Shown: positions 11,301 to 25,600, counted from the stretch's first letter. The stretch is 64,000 nucleotides of DNA from Psilocybe cubensis (GCA_017499595.2 CM038999.1:1550001-1614000), one strand, 5' to 3'. Numbers and translations: made by a program. The notes: generated by a model not told the origin, from the letters alone.

Positions 11301-14300
11301 ATGGCGTCTCGTAAATCTCCTCTAAGAGACCGTTTGCTTTCAAATTCTCCCGATCCCATCAAATCGTCTATCTTGCGCGAATCAGGAATGGGGTGGAATA
11401 CTCCAACATCGAATGGCTCTATTCAACCTTCCGGAAGTACAGGATCCATAACCTCTCCACTTCGCATTGCCAAACGAGATTCTCCCAGTGGTCGTGTTCG
11501 AGGTCCTGCCGTGGCTCGCAGAACCTCGTCTAGCTACCGACATGTTCATAACAACAATCTTGTGTCCAAATCTCCATTTAAGTCTCTGATACCAACGCCA
11601 TCGACCCCATCTTCACGACCGCCTCCTATTTCATTTCCGACGAGGAAAGTATCTGGTGAAAAACGCCCACGCCCCTCATCGATGCACGAACTAGGTGAGA
11701 CGGAGAATGACCGCCCATTCGCTCTGAAGAGAGACCGGAAGCAAAGCAAAACATTCCAGGGTCTTATCGACAAAGAACCAGTTACCAAGAGTCCATTTCG
11801 TGTTCAACAGAAACAGCCGGTTTCCCAGCCCCCAAAGCCTCCCCTTGCTCCCATTCAAAACGAGCAATCAACTTTATCTTCAACCCCACCCGCGCCGTCA
11901 CATATTTCACCCCCGGTCTCTACACCCAATAATGGTCCATCTCCTGGTCGCTCTGCCCTTGTTTCGAGACGTATGCACGGTCCTCGTCTGAGTGGCGGAT
12001 CTAGGCGAGAGCGGAGAAAGACGGTCACGTTTCACGAGCGTTGCGACGTTCTTGAATTTGACCGAGAAGACACGGAAGACGAAGTATTTGAAAGCTCAGA
12101 TGAAGAATCCCGCGACGAAACCCCTCACGACCTCCAGAATGAAGATGAATCTATGACAGATTCTTCACGACCGAATAACGACCCTCACGACGTGATGGAA
12201 GATGATGCCTCTTACGAAAGTGTTGGACTTTCCGATAGTGGGCATAATCCTCCAGTTCCATCTCTTCTAGCCGACCCAGATGCAAGCATAAATGGTATCG
12301 TGGATGAGATGTTCTTTGAAACTAATGCTGCAAACCTTTTGGCGGATATCAGTATGATTTCTGGAACCAGCACTCCTCCCCGTCATGCCGATATTCCAAC
12401 AGACCTGGAGACAGAGGACGGTGTTCCGTTTGGCCGAAGTCATCACGTTGAACGCTTTATGCAGAGTGAACATTCCTTACCATCTCAACCTCCTCCACAT
12501 TTCTCTCCTCACTCATCGCCTGCCCACCAGGCCTCTTATAATCAGAGTCCTTCTTACCTCAACAGCTTCAATCTTCCGACTCATGCATCTCCTCTTGGAC
12601 CGCCTGCTACTCCTCCTCGTAGATCACCGGGCGTTCGATACAGCACGCCGCCTCTCGGAAGGTCAACTCACGTCGAGAGAATCCGCAAGGCCAGAGAAGA
12701 AGAACGAGTCGATCAGGCAGAAGGAGATGATGTCGCTAAGCTGCCCCTTAGTCCATCACCGATGAAAAAGCCATCCACAGCGGACCTCTCGCATGATGAT
12801 AGCTTGATACCTAAATTCGACCTCAATGCGGGTAAGAACGGTGCTTGGTTATTTTGACTAACTGTTAAATACTTACTCCTTTCTCACCTAGGTTCTTCGG
12901 CTGAGACGGAAGTAAACTCTAGTACGAATATCAATCTCGATCCCTTTGAACACAGAATTCAGGATGAATCTACTCTTCCTGGGCTTGACGAGAAAGACAT
13001 ATCTGAAATACACGAACATGAACGCCCGCTTTCTCCGGGCAGTATCTCTATCGGCAATTCAGAAGTAAACTTGTCCGCCTTGGTTAGCGAACGTGATTGT
13101 GAAGAGGTAAAGAAACTGATTCGTACTACACGCCAATGCGCTAAATAGATGAACTAGGTTCTGCAAAGCCTCAATTCCTCCTTTCACTCAGAGGGACGGT
13201 CGCGTCGGGAAGGCAGCGTCCCTCGAACGTCACCACCTCCATCTGATTATTTCCCCCCTGTCTCGCGCCATATGACACCACCAGTACACTCAGGTTCACC
13301 TTTATTGGCGGCGGTGCAAAGTACACATTCTCTTGGGAAGGTGGCAAGTCGGGAGCGTATTTCTAGGGAGGAAGTGCAACGGCGTCTCATGATTCAACGA
13401 AGCCCTGGAAGCCCAATGCCCGACAAAGTCGCTACACAGAGTCCCAGGCCCACGATATTCGTCGACCCTGCTGGAGATATCGCCACTCCATCTAAACGAT
13501 CTATGTCTTCTTCCTTAGAGGTTCTCGATCCAGAAACCAACAGGTTATCAGTGCTCACTACACAAACCGACTTTAGCACCGAGACGGCCATCGTTGATAC
13601 TGCTGAAAAGAGGAATCTCGGAATGACAATGTTATCCGCGTCACACCCTGCTGGGGATAATGAATTTGGTCTTCTCGGGCCTAGCCAAAGACTTCAATTC
13701 GACTTCGGTAGCAAATTTAGCGTCGGAGGCTTAGGCATTTCTTCCAAGGATGTAGATTCGCGCCACAATGAGGGCATGCGTCAAAACCATGAGCTGGCCG
13801 TTGAACCAGCACCTTCGACCATGAGCATTCAAAGCACCAGTACATCGGGGATGAAAATGGGAGATGTTGATGTGGACATGGACATGAAGAGCGCTCTCGA
13901 CAGACTGATGGAAGATGTCGCTGGCGCTGGCGCGAGGGCTGAAGATTCCATTATGTCTGACGAGTACGACGAATCTTACGATCACTCTCGATCTCATGAA
14001 GACCACGATCGCGTCGATTTCACCGATATACATCCTAAGATAATGGAGCGCGCGGCTACCGATTCTGCTCTTCTACAACAAAGCGAAGTTGACGGTATCC
14101 ATAGTAGGACTGCCAGTGGATCATCTACACTAACAGCGCCTCCTCCTGTTCCACCAAAGGACAATATTAGACAAAGGGAGCAGATTATCTTAGAGAAAAG
14201 GCGTGAAGCAAGACGTATCGAAGAGGAAGGCTCTAGTGGTTTTAAACCATCTCGTGGCAAAGATCAAGAACATTTGGGGGTGGGCAGACCTAGCCGACGT

Positions 14301-16169
14301 AGAAGTATGAGTACTGGTGACGCTGAGGTTCTTGGTGGCGGCGCCAGGAAACGAGGCAATGCTTTACTGGACATCGCTAATCCGGATACTGGTGATGATC
14401 CCCTTGCTGATAGTATTGAGAAAGAACTTCAGAAACTTGTTGAGCCTGCCAAAAAAAGCGTAAGTGACTTGATCTCGAATTTGAAGCAAGTTTGTGGGGT
14501 TCTGAACTATTTCATTAGAAGTATCATGTTCGCGAACGTGAAACCACCATTTATGCTTCGTCTTCGGATGAAAAGGTTTCGCACATGGCTGGCCCTGGTG
14601 ACGTTGATACCGGAAGAGCCTGGAGGACAGTTAGACGCCCTTCTGATATGGTAAATCACTTTATACTTAGATTGGCGTCTTTATTGACCGACCTGTATAG
14701 AACGAATACGCTAAGCAAATCAAGGAATACCGTGCTCAAGACAAGGGGAAAGCCTATGGAAAAGTATTCGTCAAAGGTAATGTGAAACCAATCTTTTCCG
14801 GGGAATACTATCTGACCCTATTATACACTTTCTGTAGTGCTAGGAATCAGGGGAATGCATTTACCATTGCCTCACGAAGCCACGGCTTTCACATGCACGC
14901 TCAACAACGGCATTCATTTCGTCACAACACCTGAATGCCAACTGTTGTCAGACTGCCGAATCGAACAAGAGTTTGAACTGTAAGTTTTTCTTGGTTTCCT
15001 GATCTAGCATTGCATGCTGACATATCTGCAGTATCGAGCACAGCAAACTCGAGTTCACATTAACACTTAAAGTTCGTCGGGATCCTCATATCATCGCTCA
15101 ATTCAAAGCTCTCGCGCCCAGTGCTCCTGCACCTGCTCCGCCTCCCGTTATGCGCCCTCCTGTCGTGGCGCAAACGGCATCCAAAAGCAGTGGAATGCGC
15201 AGCTTCTTCTCTTCCTCACCAAAGAAGTCATCAAAGGACAAGATCGTTGTTCAACCTCCTCCTGTTCAACAACAACCTCTGCAGCCTCAACGTCTAGTAG
15301 AAAATTTGGCGCGACATTTGAAACCAGATGGGACTCTTGCTAGGGCATTCATTTCATTCAAGGACATTGCCGCCCGATGTGACACCCGGTTGTTTGAAAC
15401 GAGTTACCCTCTCATTGGTCAACGTGTAGAAGTTGGGGGCAAGTTTTCTCCTTTGGAAGTCGGAGAGATTGTCCTTCAATTGTTTAGACTCCCTCCTTTA
15501 CCTGGGATCCCTCAGGACCAGCTACCTCAAAGCTTGGAAGAGTGCCACCGCGGATTACGCCATATCAATTGGCACAAAGTGACATATTTCCAAGGTACCC
15601 TTACGCAAATTGGTGGCGATTGCAGCGTAAGCCTCTTAATTTACTTTTTTTACCTCTGTCTTTCTCATTATATTTCCTTTAGACTTGGCGTCGCCGACAA
15701 CTTAGGGTGATAGGTGCAAATTTAGTTGCCTTCAATGATGTTACAAAGAAAGCAACGGCGACGATCGACCTGAAAAAAGCGATTGCTGTTGAAGATGACC
15801 AAGAAGCACGGAATAACGCTCAAAGCCCAGGTGGCACAAGTCGATATGCCGACGAATATGATGGTTTATACGGCGTCGAAAGATCTTTCCGCTTGATCTT
15901 CCCCCAGTCGCAGGAGATCATATTCTTCGCTGACACTGACGAGGAAAAATCCAAATGGTACTCTCACATGCAGTGCTTTGTTATACGTATTGATTGATGT
16001 TCCGTTTAGGCTCGACGTTCTTCGGGCCCTTGTTGGTCGCATTCCGCCTCATCCACTCTGGGCGGAACTTCTATGGCAACGGCAAGAAGAAATATCGAAG
16101 CGCATGAATGCTGCCCAACAAACTGTGCCCCAAACGTCTCCGATTGATTCAAGACGCCCACAGCATTAA
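11301..16169 (+). CDS. Bud4/Mid2-like anillin-related septin organiser (disordered N-terminus, anillin-homology region, C-terminal PH domain)
   Basis: S/P-rich N-terminus; spliced C-terminal region GKVFVKVLGI...FTCTLNNGIHFVTTPE...EQEFELIEHSKLEFTLTLK; PH domain GTLTQIGGDC..WRRR...ERSFRLIF...IIFFADTDEEKSKW. Confidence 0.8.
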
Positions 16170-17602
16170 GTAGTCCTCTCTCCATTTCTTGTAACATACC
16201 ATTCCGTATATGCTATTGACTCTCTGGATTGCTCTCGCATGTTGACTCTCTTGCACTCTTGCACTCTTTCTCCATCTTTTTTACTCTATTTGATTCTACA
16301 TTACTTTCCTTGGTCAAACCTCGACATGTATTATGCTAAAATTAAGTAGGCGATTATGTGTACACAATCATTGTGTTTCCCGTTAAGTAGCTAAAACTCA
16401 ATTCTTTTCACTTCTAACCTACGTAGACTCGATTCCAAATTGAACTAGGATTGATACCTCCAGGAGTATGTGCTATGCACGCATCGAAGAAACCTGTGTT
16501 AATGATATAGGCACTCGGTGACTCTTCCGTAGTAAACTAAACTAATTATGGGCCTGTGCTATCAAAAGATTCTGAATCATTCTGCGAGCCGCTCTCTACA
16601 TAATTATTAGACGAACGACAGTTCACATATTACTGATACTCAATCCCGACAACATGAGCGTTGCCAGATGTGATGCTAGCTCGAGCCTTAATCAACCGAA
16701 TCTGACGGAATTTGTCACTATGTTGTTCACTCTCGCCAAGGGAAGGAATGATTTATGGTTAGTTTATAAATGAGTGTCACAAAGTGAAAAAGATTGAATT
16801 AAAGCGAACACATTAACAGCATCACCTGTATTGGATGCTTCATGTGAACCAGTGCATGGGTAGCTTGTATTCGAAGATAGTTAGACGCGCAGTAACAGGG
16901 CAGAGTAACTAGATCCGTGTACAGTGGACTCTGAATCGGCATTCTAGAGAGAATGCAGGCTCCCTGGCAAGTACTATTAAGTTTGAAGTTGGTTTGTCAA
17001 AGTCAAATCTTTTGACCAGCTGTTCGTGATTCTGCGCCCTTTGGATGGCTGGATCTTTCTATCTCCGACTTTATCCATCACTGTTCTCGTCTTCTTGAGT
17101 GATGATTGGAAACCTCAAGGGCAAGGCAGTGGGAACTTGGTACTAATTTCGTATCGTCTCACGCGGCGATTATTCTATGGTCTGTGCATGATACTTTCTT
17201 CAAATTTCTGGAATATGCAAGGATGAAGATTTTATGTCAAATACTACATTGATCACATTCCCGGATGAAAGCTGCTAGAAAGAACGCGCAAAAACTATTC
17301 TAACAGAATTTTGCCAAGAGCCATCGCCATCAGTGAGTCTATAAATAACGGGCGGCGGTGTTGAAGCTCAGTGTAGATCTTGTCCTGTGGCACAATGGCT
17401 CCGAATGATTCTTTACTGAAGCCGAAATCCACTAAATCCCAGACACAACAGCCACTTTCTTCTCCCTCAAACAAGTTATACTGTCCCCCTTGCTAACAGC
17501 TTCTTTGGTTGTAGGCGCATTCAATAGTTGGCCACTGACGTCCCTGGAGAAGGCAACCGAAACTTTGGATGCTAATTCATCGGCCAAGTGGTCAGGCCGC
17601 CT

Positions 17603-19210
17603 ATGTCTGCCCTGCTCTTTTGGAGTCGCTTCGATGGTGGTGTACCCTTGTATAGCCCGTACAGTTCCGCAGACATTGCAAGGGGGGCCCAGGCAGTGAA
17701 TCGCAGTTCAGGTTCGTTATCCCTTCTATCCTATTGCAACTGGCTCATTATAGCTTACGAATGCTCTTCACCACACTAGTGGCAGCATTGACATTTCTGG
17801 TTTGGGATGTCCTTATAACGATGGATGATGAGGCATGTTCAAATGAATCCCTAGTGGGAAGGCTTATGTGTATTGACACGACTATATCTCTAATTCTTTC
17901 AGGTCAAGCTCATATGGCCGTGAGTTACATACCTGCTGAGAATATGGTCTCAATCTCATTCACTGTCTCTCACCAGACGATCATGGACATACACCAAATA
18001 TGTTTATTTTTTGGCACGGTATCTGCCTATCATGACCCAGATGTAAGTAGAGTATCATGACACTGGCACGACGTGAACTGGTTTGTAACCTTTTCTGACA
18101 CACTTTTCAAAGATCCATCTTGTTCATAGGGACAGAGCTCAGCGCCTACTTCCACTTCACGACTCACGACTGCTACATATGGCAAATATACCAAGGAGTC
18201 GCTGCCTCTGTGATTGTTGGTGCAGTAGACACCATTTTAATCCTACGAGGTATGTAGCTTGAGTTGAAATACGTTTCATACCTTCCGGCAGATTTAACGA
18301 CTGTATGATCATAGTTCACGCGCTTTATCATGGAAATCAGATAATTCGCCGTGTTGTTGCGGTATTTTATGCAATGGAAATCATTGGAATGGCAATAGGA
18401 CTCGCACTGGCGTTGCCTGGAGTCACGTATGATAATTTATGCCTTGTGCTGAGTGTCCCTCACTCTCTTATCATATACGGGTGCGTCCTTGGCTGTATAA
18501 TCTTTCAGCAGATCCTAATTATATATCTATCAACCACCAATTCAGTGGAGCCACGATTGTCTTCCAGTTTTTTCTATTCAGCCTTACTCTTTACAAGTTC
18601 ATTGAGGCAGCACGCTCAGGCTGGGGTGATGTCCCTTTGATAGTCCTCCTAATGCGTGATGGCACTTGGGCATTTTTTCTTCTCTTTTGTAAGTAAAAAC
18701 TTTCTGGAGATGGGAAATAACTGAGCTAATCCATTTTTTACAAGTCATCTACGTTGGCCAACTCTCTCTGTATGCACTACCGAACACTTCGTATGCTGGG
18801 GTTCTCTATGGGTAAGTTGGATTCTGAATGGTACTTGATTAGGCTCAATGAATGTTTAATTACCAGTTGGTTGCTAACGATCTTCTCATTCTGTGTAAGT
18901 AACCAGGAGGTTGCATCAAAGTGGAACCATATTTTTCATACTGACATCTGGAAAGGGCTATCGCATCCTTCATAACATCAACCGCTTGGCTGACCGCGTA
19001 AGCGGGCCCGAGAACCACATGTCCAATACACGACCCACAGATACCAATATTCAATTCTCGACCCAGATATTCAATACGGAGCGACAACTTACAAGCTACG
19101 CTCCGGATGAATCTTTCCCGCTTTCCCAGATTTCTCGGGGAGAAAGTTCACAATTCGGCAAGAAAACCTATGCAAGCACTCAGATATCAACCCTCTCTCT
19201 TGGAAGCTGA
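17603..19210 (+). CDS. DUF6533-type multi-pass (about 7 TM) membrane protein, copy A
   Basis: Spliced AALTFLVWDVLITMDDEVKLIWP-RSWTYTKYVYFLARYLP (family signature), ILILRVHALY, LMRDGTWAF, GYRILHNINR; about 10 exons. Confidence 0.8.
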
Positions 19211-19932
19211 TGCAACAAGATTGAATTGACGTGTCAATCCTTGCCTTGAGACCAATTGCTCCCGATCATTGTGTAGTACGAATCAACGAACCAGCCTTAC
19301 GACCTTAACGATGCCTAAAAGTAGACCCCAGTGTATCTAGTGCATATTTAGAATTCTCCAGGTATTGTGTATTTCCCCAGCACCACGGATGTTGTGTACT
19401 GCTGTATTATTTGGTGTACTTGTCCACCATGTACTTCTTTCGACGAAAAAAATGACGACGTACCATTCTGCTCAAAGGTTATTTGTCTAAGGCAGTAATG
19501 TTGCCTCGCAGTGTTGTGAAGTCTGATATTAAGTTCAAGTCATAGTTATGAGATTACTGAGGAAGGTTAGTGTGTTCCAAAATGCGCAGACCAGGCCTCT
19601 CTGATGATTGCTGTTTTGGGAAATAGTTATTCCATTTTTATCGATCGCGGCAGAATTAACATATCTTGGCCTGGGGAATTTGCATTGAATCACCACTGTT
19701 AATATTTCAATTGATCAACATCACTCCAAACACTGTACAGCCAAGTTCATTAACAATAAATTTAATATTATCAGTCCCTAGGTGAATAGGGAAAGATGGT
19801 ATAAAGCCTTAATGAAAATGGCTCGTTCCTACATTGTTCCTATTTAAAAAGGTGGAAAGCACAATGATAACTACTTACAAGTTGGATATTCAAAGTCCAT
19901 TCGAGTCTTGGGCAGAGGATTTAGCATAAAAT

Positions 19933-21181
19933 TTAATCCACATCGACAGGGTTCCAGCTAACAGCGCCCTCCTTTCCCCTATCAAGTCCGTCGAGGGCAT
20001 GCATGTCGGTTTCATCTAATTCAAACCCAAATACATCAATGTTGGAGAGAATGCGTTCAGTTTTCTCGCTTTTAGGAAGCGGCACATATCTTATTAATTT
20101 GTTAGTAGATCAACTTTGGCACAATGACGGCTCAAAACTCACCCATGTTGCATTGACCAACGAATTAAAATTTGGGCAGGATCTCGTGAGTACTAGATTT
20201 ATGGGTGAGTATGAAATAAAATTAAAATCACTTGAAATTGCTAGGGCACACCTTGGTAGCCAACTCGTTGATTACAGGGTGGTCCATTTTACCTCGGACA
20301 ATCGGACAATATGCCTGAACAACAATATTATTCTCCCTACAGTACTTCACTATAGGCTTTTGTTGGCAGAACGGGTGTAGCTTTGTGCGATAAAATATTG
20401 ACAATGGTTCCTTGACAAAATAAAATGATGTACATACCTCAATTTGATTGACAGCTGGAAGTTCGTAACCCGCTTCTCTGAGCTCCTCAATGTGTTTGAT
20501 ATTGCTTGACACGATATGTTGAGTTGTACAACTTTTGAATTTGATTCAACAAATCAAAACTCACAAATTAGACACGCCTACAGATCTGATTTTACCCTCC
20601 GATTTCCCCTCTAACAGGGCTTTGTAGGTCTCCAAGCGGCGCTCCTTCCCAGAGAACGGGTCATGAATAAGAAATAGATCTATGTAGCCTAAGAGAAGTC
20701 AAGATGACATTATTCTAAAAGAGGTTTTGGCTATTTACCTATTCCTAGGACTTTAAGAGATTCTTCAATGCCTTTTTTTGTGCTTTCATAACCGTGGGTT
20801 TTGGACACACATTTAGTGACTGTTAGAGGTACATGCCTTGAACATGTTAGCTTTCCATGCATCAGTGAACACGACACTCACCGACGAAAACTTGACTTCG
20901 TTCAATACCAGATTCACGCACAGCCTGGCCGACATCCTTTTCATTACGATAAACCTGAGCAGTGTCAATGAGGCTGGTAAGATATATCATAAGCATTCCA
21001 TCGAAACACTGCGATGGCAAAAGAATAGAAATGTCACATACCGATAACCAGCTCTGAAGGCTTCCAATGTCGAGACCGATGCATTGTAGTTTTGGTAGAC
21101 ACCAAATCCAATCATGGGCATATCATAACCGGTGGCAAGGCGGATCGTAGAGGTAATGGATAATTTAGAGATAGGCGACAT
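19933..21181 (-). CDS. Aldo-keto reductase (AKR5-like), copy A
   Basis: [53 protein letters not shown]; catalytic D/Y/K/H tetrad present. Confidence 0.92.
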
Positions 21182-22046
21182 TGTCAGATTAGTTGATCGT
21201 GATGTCAAGGTGATAGATAATCCTCTGATGACGGTATTTGGCAAACAAAACGTAGTCTGACCGATTCTCAGTGTTGGCGGAAACTTGGAGTGCTTGTGAA
21301 TCGACAAACTGGTTATTTATGTTCGGTTGTCTCATCGGTGCTGAGTTTCGCAAACTTGTCAAGTCTTTGTGCAAGTGACCGGCTAAGGTCTACCGTTGAG
21401 CTTAGTAATTGCCTGATCGTTAGTCAGCTTGACTGGATTTAACAAGTTGAGACCAACTCAGACTCGGACTACGTCTTCCATTGGTCTTCAGCTGCTTCAC
21501 AACTCACTCAAAGTACCCATCGTTCTCCTACAGCCACCAGCCAAGTCAGTGTTACAACTTCCCATAGCTTACTCCCAGAATAAGCTACGGGTTTCTTTCA
21601 GGAAATATTGCAAACCAACAGGCCACCAGTGTAACAGGCGGTACTAAACTGCTCTATTACTTTATGGATATCGGTAGCCTTGAAGCGATTTAGTCAAGTC
21701 TTGTTCGTCAATCGAGGTTGCTGCGCTGATATAATGAACAATTCTTTGAGTTCAATCGCTTAGTCCCTTCCGACTCTATGAGTACAAGGATCCCATGAAT
21801 CCGAGGTGAGATACACTCCTGGTATCATTATATTCTTGAAACAGGAGGATATAACACTTAGTTCTGGCTGTCCCGACCAACTAGATTGATGTTGAATGTT
21901 TAACTTTGTGTTAGTACGTTTCGCATACCGATTCGTGTCGGACTTGCGACCCTGCGGAATGCATGCTGCACTGCATTCGAGCTTATTTCGTTCTTTAATT
22001 GCAGCTCGAGGGGAACTTTTGTTGACTATTCACTTCTGCTTTTACG

Positions 22047-23478
22047 ATGACAAACTCAGGTGTTGGCTCTACGATGGCAAACCGGACTTTCCAGTATAAT
22101 TCATTTGCATCTACTGACATAGCAGCTGGGGCCCAGGCGGTCAATCGTAGCTCAGGTAATGGCCGCATTGGATAAATTCATCAGTAGTTTACTGCCAATT
22201 AACTCGATGTACAGTGGCAGCTTTGACCTTTTTTGTCTGGGATATTCTTATAACTCTTGATGATGAGGTGCGCCATTATTTACAAATTGGCGTCAAGGAT
22301 ATTTACTCACTCCATGTTTGTTGACACTGGAAGATTGATTTGATTTGGCCGTATGTTTCCAGGGCGCCATGTGCAAGAAAAATGCGTTGAGGATCTTTGA
22401 CTTATCCAGGAAACCCAAATCCTATGTAAAATTGATATATTTCGTACTGCGCTACCTTCCTGTGGTGATTCAAATGCGAGTTTTCCACTGGATCCCTAAA
22501 CATGGAGAATAACATTAGACCCATTCATGACAGACCACTCCTCCTCGTAGGTTCCGAGCTCACACCGTATTTCCATTTCACGCCTCGTGATTGTTACATT
22601 TGGCAAGTATACCAGGGTGTTGCAATGCTCGTTGTCGTTGCACTCACGGATATCATCCTTCTTTTGAGAGGTACGAGCATTTCGTACTCTGTCTTTCTAG
22701 AACCCATATTTTTCTTTTGCAGTCAATGCCATGTATAACCAGCAAATTGTAGTTCGCCGTACTGTTACCTTCCTATTTTTGCTGGAAATCGTTGGCATGT
22801 CTACGGGTCTGGCCCTTGCACTTCCTGGGATACAATATGATCTCCTCTGCGTTGATACCCACGTCCCTCTTACAATTGCTTCCTATGGGTGAGTAGCGCT
22901 GTCTTCCATTGTTCCACATTTAACAAGGTCTCAAATTCCTGTAGTGTATCGGCGCTTGTATTCCAATCCTGCTTGTTTCTCCTTACTCTTTTCAAATTCA
23001 TCCAGACAGGCAAGGAAGTTGGTTGGAGGAACATGCCCCTTTTAGTGGCACTGATGCGAGATGGGACATGGGCGTTTTTACTATTGTTTAGTAAGCATAC
23101 AATTTGTGTCCCTTAGGCATTCAGTTCAATAACCTCAAGTTGTTTCATGATGCAGCTATATATGTGACGCAGTTCATAATCTTTGGGCTGAACCCACAGG
23201 CGTATTCCGGAATCTTCTACGGGTGCACGATGCAGTCATTGATTACTTAAAATTTTGAGGCACTAAAGCATGACTTTCATCCAGGTGGCAGATGACATTG
23301 TCGTCGTTTTGTGTAAGTGATTCCGAGTCTTCAGCCTTCGCGCTTTCCTCTGGAGTTTTGAGCTTTCAATAGTAACAGGGTTCAAATTACTTAGGGTTAT
23401 CGCGTACTCCTGAACCTGAACCGATATAGAACTCCTACATCGGACCTGAACACGAGCACGGAACTCCATCTACAATAG
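22047..23478 (+). CDS. DUF6533-type multi-pass membrane protein, copy B (shorter C-tail)
   Basis: Paralogous to 17603-19210 with the same intron positions: GAQAVNRSS|VAALTFFVWDILITLDDE|IDLIWP, DCYIWQVYQGVA, LMRDGTWAF, GYRVLLNLNR. Confidence 0.8.
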
Positions 23479-23789
23479 ACTGTATGTAAGTCAGGTACAT
23501 CACGTACACAATGACAAAACGGTACACCTCAGTATGCGTGTAAAACAAACTGAGGTATGAATCTAGATTTTCAATCATAAGGGACGTGACTGAAATATAT
23601 GATAGGGGATGGAAAGTGTATATCTACCGAAAAGCATTGGCATAATTTTCTAGTAAATAATACTTCGAAGGGCAGTACCCAGTACATTCTACAAAGTACT
23701 TTGCCCTAATTAGGCGAAGATAGTCCAAGCTGTCCTAGCTAGCCAATATTCTCAATTCTATCACTTCTTCTTTAACCAGGCTGTCGGTA

Positions 23790-25600
23790 ATGCCATCTTT
23801 TCCAGTGGTCATCGAGGACACCTCTCCGATGCTGACGTTCTCGCTCACGGACTGGCGGGCAGGCGTCTCAGGAGACAGTCAACTAGATCAGTGAGTGCCA
23901 TGGTTAATGGGCGCCCATTACCTCATTTGCAGGGATGGCTAAATAAAAATTGATCTTTTGGCGATCATTGCTTAGATACAGCCAAAGCAGCTACTTGTTG
24001 ACTCAAACAGACGGAGCGATGATATCTCTCGAGTTTTACGGCAACTCTGTGCAGATCTTTGGCTCCAAGCGCTCGTACCATGGTTTGTACATGGTTCAAC
24101 TCGACAAGAACCCCTTTCAAATCTTCAATGGCATTTCGGATACGGAACTTTTCCAGCAATCTTTATTCAGCGCGTACATAACTTTAGGAGATCACGAGAT
24201 TCGGATATCGAATCAAAACAACACATTTACAGATGTAAACTACGTGCGTTTATTTTAAACATTATCTAGACGACTGCTCATCCAATTCGACTTTGCAGAT
24301 TGAATTTCAAACCAGTGTCGGGGCTGTAGATGAGACGCTCATTGTGAACACGTTTCAAGATGGACATTCTTCCTTTAATTATTCGCCTCCCACGTCTTGG
24401 AGAACTCCACAAAATGTCGGTACCTTTATAGGAAGCACTGGACAGTGAGTTCAAACTTGTTGATATCGTCAATCCCACAAGTATCAACCTGACCAATCGC
24501 AGTGCAACTACAGACCCATTGGCATCTGCTAACTTCACATTTACAGTAAGTTCATGCCACTTTTCAAACTTATTTGCACATGTCTTAACGAAATATGTGT
24601 CTAACAATGTCAATAAAGGGTAAGCGCCCATGACCCACTCCCGATAAGCGCCGATCAATGAATCTAAGCGCTGACCTTTTTCAGGTGATGCGGTTGCTTT
24701 ATATGGGCCTGTTGGTCCGAATAGCTGCACGGCATACTCTGTCAAGGTGGATAATGGAAACCCTACCGTATTTTCAGCGAGTAGGCAGTTTTATAAGCCC
24801 CAGCAAATCTTGTTCTATGCTTTTAATCTCGGCAGTGGGCAACATGTGTTGCAGATATAGTTTCCGGGATTATCAACATCAGGCGAGTTTGCGATTGATT
24901 TTGCGACTATATATACAGCGCCCTCTCTTGGTGGAAGGTGAGCTTGGAGATCACTGGAACGAGTGCATTAACTCAAGACCTAGCAGCTTTGTTGGCACAG
25001 ATTCTGTGGCTGATGCACCCAACCCTTCCAACGCCGTAGTTCCTGTCGCAAGTGTCGCAAGTGCGAATGAAAGGTACCGCTATAATCGAATTTCCATTTC
25101 TACCTGGGACCTCATTAAAGGCTATTTTTAGGGATCTTATCATTGGGATCGCCGTTTCTGCAGGCATCGCCGCACTAGCGATCATATTGTGCTTCATACT
25201 CTTCTTGCGCCGCTCAAGAACGAGTCATACAATAAAGTTAGATGATAAAGAAACTGAACGACACGGAAAGGTGGTTTCTCCATTCACATATATACCTTCC
25301 GCACGGGCTATAAGCCTCAATTCGGCGGCATCGCGAGCATCCGAGTCGCAGACGATGCTGCGACGCGGGCAGCGGGGACAGCACAGTAAATTTACACAGA
25401 GTCAGGCACCGGCACCGTTCCTGGGGCAGGTCGATGAAAATCACCATCGTGTGGAGACGAATGCATCTAGGTCTGAAACCGGGGTTCAAGTTTTTTCGCA
25501 GGTTGCTGAGGTTCACATGTCGCAAGAACATACAGACAGCTCGGTTTTGCCCCCACAGTATACTCTCACTCCTCGAGGTAACAGTCATGGTCGTTTGTAG
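23790..25600 (+). pseudogene. Single-pass membrane protein with two tandem beta-sandwich-like extracellular repeats; in-frame TAG at 24858-24860 (pseudogene, null allele or sequence error)
   Basis: MPSFPVVIEDTSPMLTFS...SLEFYGNSVQIFG...YMVQLD; second repeat FTFTGDAVALYG...YSVKVD...LGSGQHVLQI*FPGL...FAIDFATIY; TM LIIGIAVSAGIAALAIILCFILFL then RRSR. Confidence 0.65.
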
